A DNA stretch of 64,000 bases, from contig OZ038378.1 of assembly GCA_964036045.1 (NCBI GenBank), positions 6,386,001 through 6,450,000 of the forward strand. Reading direction: 5' to 3'. Of the stretch, positions 37,201 through 49,770 are shown one piece after another. The notes beneath the pieces were generated by a model. It saw only the letters and a list, made by a program, of their open reading frames with translations. It was not told the DNA's origin and made no database searches. The DNA comes from Eutreptiella sp. 'Long Island Sound 2002'. Lineage: Eukaryota > Protista > Euglenida. Position 1 is the stretch's first letter, and each line of letters begins with the position of its first letter. The translations under genes and the position numbers were made by a program.

Positions 37201-39036
37201 CAGAGTTCTTGGTGTAATACGTGAAGAAAGCCTTTCGTCCCCCATGCAAAACGTGCCTTACGAGTGTTTTTTATCAGTGTGGGTGGTCACAACATCAAAA
37301 AACAAAGAATCACTTTGTGGAAATTTCGATTTTTGAGCTTGATGAGGCTACAAAAAGCTTGAGCAGTTTGTGCAAACCCCTTATCGATCCTCCAGCACCC
37401 AATGGCCAGACAGGGTAAAAAAGGTCGTCCGAAATCCGATCCAATCCCATCTGATCCGATTTTTCATCTCGTTTTAAAGTGTGACTGCGTGGGAGCCGGG
37501 ACGCCACAGAGCCAAGATGCAGGAATATGGGGGAGGTTGCAGATCCATTGTGCAAGACCCTTCACAGGTGGGTTAAAAGCATAGGAACCAGGGTATTGAG
37601 GGCCTAAACACGCAAAAAAAATGATATGGTGAATACGAATACGAATGGCATAAGCTCATCAGCAGCATCAAGCCACAACGAAAAGACTATCAAGGAACGA
37701 GGGTAATGGAGAATATAAGTAGTCGCTCCTATTCCCATACCTCCCGAAACAGATATGCAAATACTTTTCAGAGAGAGAATAAGCAGCACAGAGGAGAGGG
37801 GAGTGAAGCGAGAGACGGGATGAGTAGGAAGATAATCATTCAAGGTGAAAAGCGTCGTGAGATGACGTGTGGCCGAGAGGCATACCCTCATGGTTGAATG
37901 TACCAATGCCAGAAATTCGAGGGGTGTTTTTCAACGCCTTGAACCTTTCGGAGCATGGCATAGCCATGATTCCGCACCCCAGATGGGGCTCCACATTGGA
38001 TTGGCGGAAGTACAAAAAAGAAAATCACTTCACAATGTTCTAGTGTGTTGGGCAACTTGCAGAGTAATCGATGTCACACCAACAAACGCAGCCTCCAAAT
38101 AGGAGAAGTGGGAGTCTACGTAAGAACAAGTGCATGAATTCAATGCCACAATGTCCCCAATATCCCAGTGCTTCTAGACAGGAATTTGACCCCTTTGGCG
38201 CTCTCCCAGTGGAAAGGGGTACCCCACCCACTACTCAGCCACAAGGGAGAAGCGGGGTCATCAGTTTGCCATGCAATCCCCCTATGTCTTTCCCCCATGC
38301 ATGTCTTCCCATGGGGCAAACCCCCGAGGTGGACGTTTAGGGTGGTCCCATTCGAAGTGGTTGCAGCCGGGCAGGAGTCAAACAAGCCCATTGGGAGGCG
38401 TGAAACCCCCAGGGCCAGTGATACCATCCAGGGGGTAGGGAGGGTGAGGTCCACTGAATGCGCGTCACCGGCGCTTCCCCAAGTACCCCCGTGGGGTAGT
38501 CTCGACTTTCCTTGAGTACCACAAAGCCTGAACCAAGGACTCCTCTGTTCTGCCCCGATGCAGCACTTTCGGGCGCCGAAGTAGACAGGGTTGTGAAACA
38601 CAGGAACACGAGGTGACCTCGGTGCGTTGTAGAAACCATAAATGAAACATGAACAAAAGCCATGCAAATCATGTGGGGAGGTGTGAATTCACCTGAAAAT
38701 AAATACACCCCCCCACCACCACCGAGGCCTTGTGCCAACCCCCCCCCCCCCAAGTTGTCATCCCACCCCCTGTGTGCAACGGTCCTCCCACCCCCCCCAA
38801 GGGTGGTACGGTATGTTATGAGTATTGCGCAGTAGCCGCAGGATGTGATATGACCCAAAATTCCTGGACCACTTTCTCGGCTTGGTCACATTGGGTCCCT
38901 CGCAGGACCTCTGACCACAGCCCTGAAATGAGGGATGAATCGGTATGAATTTCAAACTCCACAAAGGGAGACTATGTATATTCATTTGGCTGCATTGTAA
39001 GGAAGCTCGAGGAGCTCTGGCCAATCCAGCAGCAGC

Positions 39037-39369
39037 ATGGCGAAGCTCTGTCCCAAGGAGGGCACATCCCCTCTCATTTCATCTGTATGCACCCTCCGCC
39101 CTTGTGTCACTTTAGGGCACTCCGACTCCGACTTCAGCTACAAAGAGTTGACAGCGGTCTTGGGCAGTGCGCTCTTGTTGTTCACTGTCGTCTCTTTGGC
39201 GTCGGTCGGCTTCGTATATTGGTGGTCTGCTAACAAAGCGAAGGTAGGGGCCCCGCCCCCCACACAACTGACGGAGCAAGAAATGGCCCAGTTTGACAAC
39301 TTCGTCAGGGTCGAGCACATCAGCCCCGGCAATGGCAAAGATTTCCCAACGGTGGGCAACTTGGTGCAG
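39037..39369 (+). CDS. FKBP-type peptidyl-prolyl isomerase with N-terminal transmembrane helix, exon 1 (5' end uncertain)
   Basis: Hydrophobic ELTAVLGSALLLFTVVSLASVGFVYWW, then VRVEHISPGNGKDFPTVGNLVQ. Donor CAG|GTGTGA at 39370. An acceptor-like TTTAG at 39111-39115 means the first 26 codons may include intron. Confidence 0.85.
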
Positions 39370-40471
39370 GTGTGACCAGGACCTTCCTTTGAGGATGTCC
39401 GCGCACATGCCTTTTGGCTGTTGAGGAGCCTACGCACCCAAGACGCCTGGCTACAGTCCGACCGTTGTTGGTCAACCGCGCAGTTACTGCCAACCGCCGT
39501 TGGTTTGCTGCCGACCCTTTTTTTCGAGCCCCTGAAATCGGACGCCCTTTCCTCGTTTTCCCAATTTCCCCCACTGAGTTCCGAGTTACCTGCTGTGGGC
39601 TTGGGTTATCAGAAATGCAGGCGCATTTAGTGTGTACATTTGTACATTGAGTGTGACCTGGACGGAGAGTGGAGTGCGGTGGATAGATCCTCGCCCCTTG
39701 TGCAGCCTGTCGCCTGTAGAATAGTACCCTGCTGAACCCCTGAAATTCTCTACTCGTGATGTGGGGCTGCTGCTGGGGCTTTGTGCGAGGTGCTGCATGC
39801 GCGTTGGAGCGTAGGTGACGGTTGGTGTGTAAGCGACGGCGCGGCGGTCGCTGCATAACGGACGGTGGTGGTGGCGCTGGTGAGAGACCGTCTGCTGCGC
39901 AGAAGTGTTTGTGAGACAACTGATGGGGCATGGGTTGTGGTGCGCAAATTCCCGGCTTCATGCACTGCCCCTTGGGACCCACCTGCATCCGATGTGTGAT
40001 TGTGGGGTGCAGCCTGAGTCCACCCAATGCCCCCCCCCCTTGGGGCGTATCCACTACTGATCAGGAGGGAGGGCCTGCAATGAGTGCACGTAACTCAGCC
40101 GCACGATCTGCCCCCGCTAGAAGCGGCCATTGTGGCTTGGTCTCGCGAGGTTCGAGCTCATGGGCGCCAGGTTTGGTTGAAGGTTCTTGATTTCCGCCGC
40201 CTCGGTCACTTTTCCCGGCGTGTTGTCGCTAATCCCGAGCCGTGTGCAGACTCCCCCTGGGGGTAGGCCCCACCCCATGTGACTCAGCAGGAACCATCCC
40301 CCACATCTGAAGCGCAGTCCCGTGACTCGTCGGGACGCAAACCATCACCCACCCGCATCTGACCGGCGCGCAGCCTCACCGCCTCCCGTGCACCCGCGTC
40401 TGAGGGGTCGCTGTCTCGCCGCACCGCCACGAATCCCAGACCAGACGATCATTGCCGTCCTTGTGCCGCAG

Positions 40472-40747
40472 GTGCACTACACGGGGACGCTGTTGAACGG
40501 AGAGAAGTTTGATTCCAGTCGCGATCGTGGCGACCCGCTGGAGTTCCCCATTGGGATGGGCCGTGTGATCAAGGGATGGGACGCGGCGGTGCTGCGCATG
40601 AGTGTCGGGGAGCGGGCCAAGGTCACCATCCAGCCGGACTGGGCCTACGGGGGGGCCCGCATGGGCCCTATCCCCGCGAACTCCGTCCTTGTTTTTGACG
40701 TGGAGCTGGTGTCCGCCGAATCGCCACAGTCCAAACCTCATTTTTGA
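40472..40747 (+). CDS. FKBP exon 2
   Basis: VHYTGTLLNGEKFDSSRDRGDPLEFPIGMGRVIKGWD...AYG...IPANSVLVFDVELV is a canonical FKBP core. Acceptor CCGCAG ends at 40471; the intron is 39370-40471. Confidence 0.95.
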   Translation: MHYTGTLLNGEKFDSSRDRGDPLEFPIGMGRVIKGWDAAVLRMSVGERAKVTIQPDWAYGGARMGPIPANSVLVFDVELVSAESPQSKPHF

Positions 40748-43700
40748 GGCATTTGTAGCCCATGTACTCCGCAGTGGCCTCTGGGGGGGGGGGGGGGACA
40801 GCAGGACCGGGTTTGGATTTGTGCCCTTCTTCGTTTTACCTCTGACCACAAGACCCGGACCAGCGGGACTTGCCTGCCACCACATTTGGATGGCGATGGG
40901 GCATTGCGCACTGATGAGACAATAGATGTACCTTCTTTTTCTTTCCGCTGGTTCACTTCCCCCAAAGAGCCCGCTCCTCCCCCCCCCTTCCCTCTGAACG
41001 CCACCTACCGATTGGTCATGCGTGCGCGGGCGGCCGTGGGCTGGTCAGGCGGGTGGTGGTAGCAGGCCCAATACCGGGGGGTTGTACAAAGACGGCGGAT
41101 ATGGACCGAATGGCAGACGTAAGAGTGGTCGCTTAAGCGGTTCAGCGTGCCACACGACAGCCCGCAGCAATGCAGGGGATGGAGGGGATGAATTGCCGAA
41201 CTACGATGGCTTTCCAAACGCCAAACGGTCGCGTCCGGCCGGCATTTCTCAGAAGAAACCGAAGCGCGCCAAGGGAGTTTGCAACAGCTCGATGGTACAC
41301 TGGGGCGTGCCATCTACAGTGGGCTGGGTGCGGCGCACGCTACAGGAGGTGCGAGAGCAGTGAATGCCAGTAGCAAAAGGCATCTGATTTCATCTGGTAA
41401 TGGTACGGGGTGCCATATGGGGCTCCGTGGCACAGAAAACATGAAGCAGAGATGCAATGCCGTGCAGGGGTGAGGGGGTCCAAGGTCAGGTACGTTTTTT
41501 TTGTGTTGATTTTTGGCTGACGACCGCACCCCGGTGAGTGAGCGGTTTGATGGCTGACCGACCGTGGTTGGCAGTGAGAAATGGGCATGTGGTGGCACTT
41601 CAAAGTGAGTGCTGGTTGTTGGCGGTCTGCTGAATCAGGCTCTTGTTCCAATGCAATGGTGTGACCAACGGCTCTGTGTGGAAACCCTAACCAGGACTGC
41701 ATGCTGGGACGGGGGTGGTGGGAAAGGGACACTGCACAATGCATACTGCAAAGTGCACGCTCCACACAGTGGACACAACACACTGCACCCTGTCCACTTT
41801 ACATGGAATATTGTGTAATCTTGCACTTTTCTCCCTGTCTCATTCATCGAGTCGTCAGGTGTGCACTCTCTTGGGCGCAATCCACCTGCAGCAGTAGGGG
41901 GACAGAGACTATTCCAAACTTAGGCAGCGTGGCTGAAGTATTTCCTGGTAATCGAAGCAACCATGAACCATACATCTTCAAGGGAGTTGCACATACTTTT
42001 GTTGTTGTGCCACTTGTATCTGCTGTGCTTTTGCCAAAGAATTGGGGCCAAGGGAGGGACCGAGGTGTTGTTTTGGAAAGAATTCTGGTCATCACGATGT
42101 AGGGGTTTTTGCATCCGCCGGCCTACAGCAATGAAAACGTGTCAAAGATAGGGTGCCAAGGGTCGTAAGGTGCCATGGTTGACGAAAGGATCTCTGTTTT
42201 GGTCGCGTTGGTTGGTCCTCGAAAGCATTTCAATGGGGTACTCGGATTCTTGCTTGACCCCACAGGACCTCACTGTGGTAGTGGAATCCTTTGCTTTGGT
42301 CATGCACTTTTTTGATTGGCTTCAAAAATGATGTCACTGCGGTACTCGGATCCTCTTCTTGGTGACCACAAACATTCCCGTGGCTCTGGGCAACTACCCA
42401 AACCTGAGTTTTGGGGCTTTTCCACAAGCTGTCCCATTTCGTAGGTGGAAAGTGAGTCATTTCTTTTGGTGGCGTCCATGTGATAAGAAGTTGTGTGGAA
42501 GAGGCTTACAGAAAGAATGTTTCGCGGTTGTTGAGGGGATTTGGCCGACACAGTTGACACATAGTGTAGCAAGACTTAGTCCCTTTCTTTTTGTGTACAT
42601 TACCCCTTTCATTTCTTCCCTCCGGAAGACTTAAATTTCACGAATGTTACCAAATGCCTACCCCAATGCGGCCATCCTTGCCTGTAGCCCAAACGAAAGC
42701 ACAGTCATCGATGGTATGCTTGGAAAGACGGACTTAGCTACTCAATCCTCCGTTTGTCATCCCCAGTAATTGTCTCTGTTTCTTATACCTTTGCCGAGTG
42801 CTACCATATCCCCTTAGAAATGGATCAACCAACTCGTTACATGAGTTTTTTGCTAGCCTCTTCGGTGCTTGGCAGAGTGCCCAAGCACCATAGAGCACCA
42901 AAGGTGGCGGGTAGTTTTAGAGGTTTCCTATGTGGTGGGTTTTACCAAATATGCATGCAGTGCCCACATGGAGCGCACACAGTGCAACACCATTCCCTTT
43001 GTTTATACATTTAACTCTAACATGGTGACCTCTTCACGCCACGGGGGGAGGGGGGTGGCCAAAAGGCTGAGTAAGCGTGTGCCGGTTCATACATACACTA
43101 ATGTGAGTTTTTAGAAATTGTTTGCAATGCTTATTCCAAGAATCTTCAATCGATGAGAGTGGGACCGTTGTCCCTTTGCTTACAAGTCTTGCTTTTGCTC
43201 CTTGGTCGTTCTCCCAAGACTGTGAAGTTTGGAGGGTGCTCACCACCACTGATGTTGGAGATGTAACATAGGGCCAGGGATTTGCGGATCAATCACGTTC
43301 TGTTTGGATGGGGCTATTTGCTACACCTGGGCAACAGCATGAGGACAGCAGACCCCTCCAGACCCGCAGCGAAGCGGCCATCGGTGTCACCCCGGGTTTG
43401 GGTGCTTGCACCTAAGAGCCAATGGCCAAATGTCTGGAAATGCTATGCACTACTAAGCAGTACCATTTGTGATTGTGATTGTGCAAATAGAAATAGAGCA
43501 GGTCATCAGAAAGAAAGACCACGCCCGGTGCCATTCACGGGCAGAGGCGCAGAGGGGTCCGCAGTCTGGAGGGCAGCGGGGGACTGGAGACCAGTGGAGA
43601 CTGGCCTGCCCCTCCACAACTGCACGACGAAGTCTCAAAGACTTGTGATGTGTGGCCAGATTTGGCACTTGTTATTTGTTGCAGAAATGCGGTGGTTTGC

Positions 43701-44695
43701 AGGCCCTCCTCCTCAGTAGCTCAATCTGAATCCCAGAGCTCGACCGCATCTTCAATGCAGGTGTGGCTCACAGCTCAGCACAGGGGCGCATGTGGCCCCT
43801 GCCCTGATTCGGCCACCAGCTCTGCAGGCTGCCCAGCGGCAGCGGCAGCGGCATTGCTCGACCACCATTGGCGCCCGCTGCTGCAGCCTCCAGGAAGTTT
43901 GCTACAGCACCTCCACAAAGTACGTCCTCGGTGTCATTTCTGTATCCAAGTCCGTGTGCTGTGTTTAGTTTGCCACAGTCCAAGACTGCAACATGTTGAG
44001 GGGTAGCGGTCCCGGGGGTTGAGAGGCACAGGGCCGAGAGACCAAAGCAAGGGCGTATGCCGTGCTGGCACAAGGCCTGGGAAGACTAAGGTCAGGTCCG
44101 GCGGTCCGGACCTCAGAAAAGAGGGTCATGATGTCTGAAATGAAATGCCTGAGGCCATGGGAGCAGTGGCTGCACCGGCCTGTCCTCGGGCCCAGCCAGA
44201 CACACCTCATCACTGAGGATGGGCCTGTCCCGCTGAAGTCAGGAGGTCACAGGGCTAATCAAATCCTCTGAGGGAAGTCATGTGAGGGTCTTGGAGGCGA
44301 ATGGCGCCTGGGCCGGCTCTGAGGAGGCCTCCATTCCACCGCCCCCCGCCCCTCTGCCCCCTGTGTGACGTTCAATTGGGCCGAAATGGAGCGGACATAG
44401 TGAGACACGGGTTTGGGTTTCGAGAGTTGTGGTGTGCATTGCTGACCGCATCGTGGACTGAACACCGGCATGACCGCATTTTGCTGCAAAGTTGGATCAT
44501 CGGACGGCTGCATGATGAGGGATGCAGCGATGCTGCGCGCGTAGGATGCCGTTGTGTCCAAGGCACAGAACGCCGGTGCACCACATCCATTTGGGACTGG
44601 GCGTGCCCCAGACAGAGGGTGGGTGGGTCCAGGGGGGGCTCTGCAGTACGTCCGAATCGGGTACCCCTCGCCGTTCAGACGAACCGCCACACAAA

Positions 44696-46723
44696 ATGGG
44701 CAACGTGGAGATGGTGCTGTTGGACCCTCAAGAACCAAAAGATCCGGCCATGAAGGCCCCCATTTTCCTGCAAATCGTCGAGGCCATCAACATGCCCGAC
44801 GACCACCTTTTTGTCGAGGTCGGGGTCCGGGGGGCCGGTCAATTCACGGTCGAGGCCGACGACAGCAGCGTCCGGTCCCCCAGTTTCAGGCATTCGAAGC
44901 CGGTGGACCTGGGCTTTGTGCACCCGGAGGACGTGGTGACGTTTGCGGTGCACTCGCGGCAGATGGTCGGCCGCGGGTGGGACGGGCAAGCGCTGGGCAC
45001 CACCGAATGGCGGGTCGGCGATCTGGTGCGGCGGCCCGTCCGGACGTTCCCGCTGTCCGACAGCAGCGCGGCGATCGTGTTGGGGGGCGACGGGCGGCCC
45101 GCGTTCCTGGTCGTGCGGCCCGTCCTCCAGGGCTTCCCGGCGCAGTGGCCGCCCCCCCGGGGCGTGCCCGACGAGCCGTTCCCCAAACACGTGATGCTGA
45201 TCACGCGCGGCACCCGGGGGGACCTGCAGCCCTTCGCCGCCCTGGCCAAGGGCCTGGCGGAGCGGTTCGGGTGGAAGGTCACCCTCTGCACGGAGCTGCG
45301 GTACAAAGAGTGGCTGCAGCGGGCCTTCGCGGGGCTGAAGAGGGGCCGCGTGCAGTTCAGGCCCACCGGCGGCGACACGTCGAAGAAAGTGGAGGCGTGC
45401 CTCAACAAGCGGGCGATGAGCAGCAAGTCCGAGGTCATGCAGGCGCTGATGCTCAGCCGGAGCGAGAAGGAGTTCTTCAGCTCCGAGCCCGCCATCTTCC
45501 ACTGGGCGGAGGTGCTGCGGCCCCAGGGCATCGTCTACGGGTTCACGATGGCGAACATCGCGATGATCTGCTCCGAGGCCCTGCACATCCCGATCGTGGG
45601 GTTCATCCTGCAGCCCTCCGTCATCCCCTCCACCGAGTACACCCCCGTGACCCCCCTGACGAACGGGAAGAGCCTCTCGGACAAGACGTTGGCCGGCGTG
45701 CAGAGCTCGCACGGGGCGCAGGTCAAGTTGCGGTGGGCGATGGAGGACAGGCCCTTGGACCAGTCCAACTTGACCGCCATGCGCCGGCGGCGCGGCCTCC
45801 CGCGCGTGCGCGCGGGCGACACGTGGAGGATCCTCGTGTCGCACGACTCCCCGCTGGTGGTGCCCATCCCCGAGGCGGCGTTCATGGGCAAGCCGGAGGA
45901 CTGGCCGGCGAGGGCGGAGCTGACGGAGTTCATTTTCCTCCGGAGCCAGACCGACGCGTTGGACGCCGTGTTCGTGGACTTCATCGACAACGCCAAACGG
46001 GCCGGCACGCCCCTTGTCCTGATGGCGTTCAGCAGCATGCCCGTCTCCCGGGAGGACATCCTGAGCACTGCGGCCCTCCTGGTGGAGAAGTGTAGCCCTC
46101 AGCCGGCGGTGCTGGCGATGGTGGGCAACCGACCGGAAGAGAAAGTCAGCCGTTCTCTGCAAGAAAGAGTCAGCGTCCTCAAGACAAAGGGTCTGTTGCT
46201 CGAGGGGAAGCAGGCGCCCTTTGGCCTCCTGTTGCCTCAGATGGACGTCAACATCATCCACGGCGGGCTGGGCACGACCGCCGAGGCGTTGCGGGCCGGC
46301 AAGCCCTGCATCGTGACGGGCATCCTCCTGATGGACCAACGGTTCTGGGGCAGCCAAGTGGCATCCCTCGGCGTGAGTCCGGGCTGTTGTCACATCAACG
46401 ATTTTGAGAAGCACTGCGTGAAGTGGGTGAGCTCTGCTATGGAGCCCGGGAACGAATGGGCCGCCCGGGCCCAAGAGCTTGCCAAAGAGTTGGGCAGCTC
46501 CGATGGCGTGCAGGAGAACACCGACGCCATCGCCAAGTTCCTCAAGGACGCGGAGCATTTTGTGCTGCCCGAGACCTGTGTCTTGGATGACGAGTTAGAA
46601 ACCTGCGGTCACAATGTGGTCCAGGATTCCATGGGGAAGGTCAAAAGTGCTGGGCAGACTGTCTACCACCAGACGAAGGGGGTGCTCTCCAAAATGGGCC
46701 ACCTTGGCCTGGGCAAAAAGTGA
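44696..46723 (+). CDS. GT1-family (sterol 3-beta-glucosyltransferase / UGT80-ATG26-like) glycosyltransferase with an N-terminal C2-like domain
   Basis: ITRGTRGDLQPFAALAKGL (Glyco_transf_28-like N-terminus) and IIHGGLGTTAEALRAGKP...DQRFWG (UDP-sugar binding). Intronless with high GC3. ATG 44696 is preferred over the track start. Confidence 0.92.
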   Translation: MGNVEMVLLDPQEPKDPAMKAPIFLQIVEAINMPDDHLFVEVGVRGAGQFTVEADDSSVRSPSFRHSKPVDLGFVHPEDVVTFAVHSRQMVGRGWDGQALGTTEWRVGDLVRRPVRTFPLSDSSAAIVLGGDGRPAFLVVRPVLQGFPAQWPPPRGVPDEPFPKHVMLITRGTRGDLQPFAALAKGLAERFGWKVTLCTELRYKEWLQRAFAGLKRGRVQFRPTGGDTSKKVEACLNKRAMSSKSEVMQALMLSRSEKEFFSSEPAIFHWAEVLRPQGIVYGFTMANIAMICSEALHIPIVGFILQPSVIPSTEYTPVTPLTNGKSLSDKTLAGVQSSHGAQVKLRWAMEDRPLDQSNLTAMRRRRGLPRVRAGDTWRILVSHDSPLVVPIPEAAFMGKPEDWPARAELTEFIFLRSQTDALDAVFVDFIDNAKRAGTPLVLMAFSSMPVSREDILSTAALLVEKCSPQPAVLAMVGNRPEEKVSRSLQERVSVLKTKGLLLEGKQAPFGLLLPQMDVNIIHGGLGTTAEALRAGKPCIVTGILLMDQRFWGSQVASLGVSPGCCHINDFEKHCVKWVSSAMEPGNEWAARAQELAKELGSSDGVQENTDAIAKFLKDAEHFVLPETCVLDDELETCGHNVVQDSMGKVKSAGQTVYHQTKGVLSKMGHLGLGKK

Positions 46724-48299
46724 TGATTGTGCATCAGTGATAGCCACAAGAACGGGTCAACGGGGGGGGGGGGCTATCTTTCACTCAGTGACATACGGGA
46801 AGTGACGGATGGGAATGGCAAGTGGGGGGAGTGCCATATATTTTGGCACAGATGTGGGAAAATGGGGCGCCGAAGGCGCTGGAATAATTTTTTAGGCCTG
46901 CCGAAGGGGGAAAATTTTTTCTCCCCCATGTGTCTATACTCAAAATGCTCGAATTTTTGTGGAGAATTCAAATATGAGTGAAAAACACGAAAACACTTTT
47001 CGACCTCCACTAGCGGCCCACCAGGGCCGCCTACAATCCATTCGCTTGGAAATATGAGATCATTCGTCGACGGCACCAATTGGCACCGGTAAATCGCGTC
47101 GCAGAAAACGATGGAACAAGGTGGGCAACGCTTTGCCACCCTCCTGAACTGTGCACGGAACGGGGTGGCAGACACATCGTCCAGTGGGAACGCAACTGTG
47201 TGCATCCGGCGATGGGCCCCGCAGCACGTTCATCGATGGACCCGGTGCACCCTCATGCATCCTTTGAGCTGTCTATTCAAAGACACACTCTGGCCGCCAT
47301 GATTGATGCACAACTGTGTATACCATAGCGCCGCCCCCCCCCCTCCTCCCCTCGAGTGACAGGTGACAGATGGATGGGCCAGTAGCCAGGGACCGACTTG
47401 GAGGTTGGGTCAGGGGGACAGGGAAGGTCTGCTGGAGGCTTCGCCCACCCCATCTGTGATCGCATTTGATCCGTCTGCTGATGGACAGACATTTGGTGGT
47501 CATGTTGGAGCGAACAGTTATCTCACATTCTTCCTCCTTCACTGAGTATGTAGTGGGGCATTTAGCTGTTGGTACCTCCCCACCCACCCACCCACCCACC
47601 TCCAACCTACTCCTTGTGCAACACCCACCTTGGGCAACGGCCGACCCTTTTTGAACTGTGTTTTTTTCTGACACTACTTTTTACGCCACAGCAACGCCGC
47701 CACCACGCCATTCCTGACCTCATTTGATACAGCTATAACCCTGCTTGCATCTATTGAATTATGCAGTACATGCAGATTTAGCCCAGCGGGGGTTTAAGGC
47801 GCCACAGAATGAATGAGTGGATTGATTAAACTACAGCCTTGCCCAACGACCGCCCTCTGGTGCGGCGACGACTGTCTCACGACCACCTTGTGGTCAAACA
47901 GTGTTTTTTCTCTTCAAGACAAGTCAAGGAGTGCAGCTCCCTTGGAGCCGGAATCGTGAAATGGCCGAGGGAATGACATGGTAGGCGGACTGCTATTTAG
48001 GAGGTGCAGTTTGCACAGTGCACGTGCAGTGTCACCAGTTGAGGAATTTGGGGAAGCAAAAGTCGAGAAGACATCTTTCTTAGTGATTATGGCAAGAGAT
48101 GATGGGATTTCAGGGGTGTTGATTGCATTGGCTGTTCACATACGCATTCGGTCTCAACCCATATTGGCACTTTCATTCTTAGTTTGCAACTGTCCACCCT
48201 TCTTTCTGGTTCCTATTTTTCTATCGAGTGTTCTGGGGGCTCGGGGGCTTTTGCACGCAGTGTGTACACAGTGCAAAGTTTTTCTACTGCTGGAAATAC

Positions 48300-49000
48300 T
48301 GGGTCCCAATTTCGAGCCTTTTTTCAATGTAGTACAAAGCTACTGGAGCAAATTGGGTTGTATGTTTCTCCGAGACCGCAGGGGCTCCATGACCCATGGG
48401 AGCATGTCCCTTCCAATGTTTGGTGGGACATCAGTGCAAGCAGTGAATCGGATGTTTGTGATGCGGATGATTCAAGTGTGCACGGCTTGTTCCTCACCCA
48501 GATTGGAAATCAAAACTTGCGCTGATTGGTCTTGGAGATTTCCCTGTGGGGCCATTTTCAAAAAGCCAACAGTTGTGTCATTGTTTTGAGGGCCATTGTC
48601 CCCGATGTCCACGATTTGTGGCGACTAGACAGGTTAGCAAGTTAAACATCTATCAAAGGGGGCTGATGGTGGGAATGTTGGGAAGTATTTCCCGAAAAAA
48701 GGCTGTACAGTGCACGCACAGTGCCACATCCCCTCCTTCACAGCTGCCCATGGCGGCAATGCTGCCGGTTCAGCATTGTTAGGTGCTGTCAGGATTCACA
48801 CATGGCCCGGATTTCCTGGGCATTGACCGAACACGCTCCACCATGGTGTACAGCATGGCCACAATTGCAGTGTTCGGCCACATGATGCACACCAAACGAG
48901 GTAACCTCTTAACTGTGCATTCCTTGGCATCCCATTGTTCCGTAGAGGGGTTACTCCTGGTGTACGAGTCTGAGCTAATCCTATTAAGCTGAACCCTAAA
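48300..49000 (-). mobile_element. Possible decayed LINE-type reverse transcriptase fragment
   Basis: GQWPSKQ*HNCWLFENGPTGKSPRPISASF resembles the W...K...YRPISL region of non-LTR RTs. Many stops. Confidence 0.35.
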
Positions 49001-49375
49001 TTCTCTTCGTACAATTCCTCTCATTGGAGGGTTTTTACATGCTTTGTACATCATCTCCAACTAGTACCCATATGCAGGCTCATACCAAACTTTTTTGCCA
49101 TTAGCCTTTTATTTTTAGCAAGTTATGGTTTATTCTTCAATGTTGGTGTCAACTGATGCATGTATATTCATCATATATTTGCTTTCAATTGACCTTTTGA
49201 TGTTTCTATTCGCAAGCATTCGTTAAGCAAGAGGTGCTGCTTGATCTACTTGGGGTCAGATTATTGAGCCTCTACATGCCCTCAGGAGTCCATGGGCACG
49301 GAAGGCGCCCGACGCTCTATGGGCATCAAAGGCGCCCAAAGGAAGATTTTGCCCACTTTGCCCCCCAACACTATC

Positions 49376-49470
49376 CTTAAACCCAACACTAACGCTAACG
49401 CCCACCGCAACCCTCAGCCTAGTCCTAACCCTACACCTACCCCTAGCCCTCACCCTAACCCTAACCCTAT
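49376..49470. repeat. Degenerate interstitial telomere-like (CCCTAA)n tract
   Basis: 6-bp periodic tract ending CCCTAACCCTAACCCTA. Similar decayed tracts lie at ~7430-7500 and ~14720-14870. Confidence 0.7.
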
Positions 49471-49770
49471 ATTTTTTCATATTATCAAGATGTGTTGAAG
49501 GTGGTGAATCGGCACTCCAAGATTGAATCTATCTCCTTTGCCATCCAAAGTCCCAATTCACCACCTCACTGCTCACCCAGCCCTTGATCTCGGTCTGGTG
49601 GGTGGGCTGCAGGGTGGTCACCTGAAAGCTCTACTGTTGAGTGCCTTGTGCGTGCTGTGCAGAGACGCTCCCAGAGTTGCACTATGCTGTGGCACATCTG
49701 GCGCAGCGATTGACAGACAGATGGTGGATGGTGGCTACATCGGGGTCCTCACGTTTTTGGTCGTGCGTAT

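Noticed and set aside
12560-40160. GGTTCGA B-box-like motifs (12564, 21036, 31117, 40150) as tRNA or SINE genes
   Set aside because: No correctly spaced A-box or cloverleaf could be formed.
44554-46558. 513-aa and 627-aa ORFs overlapping the glycosyltransferase
   Set aside because: Shadow ORFs caused by high GC3; low-complexity R/G/A-rich translations with no motifs.
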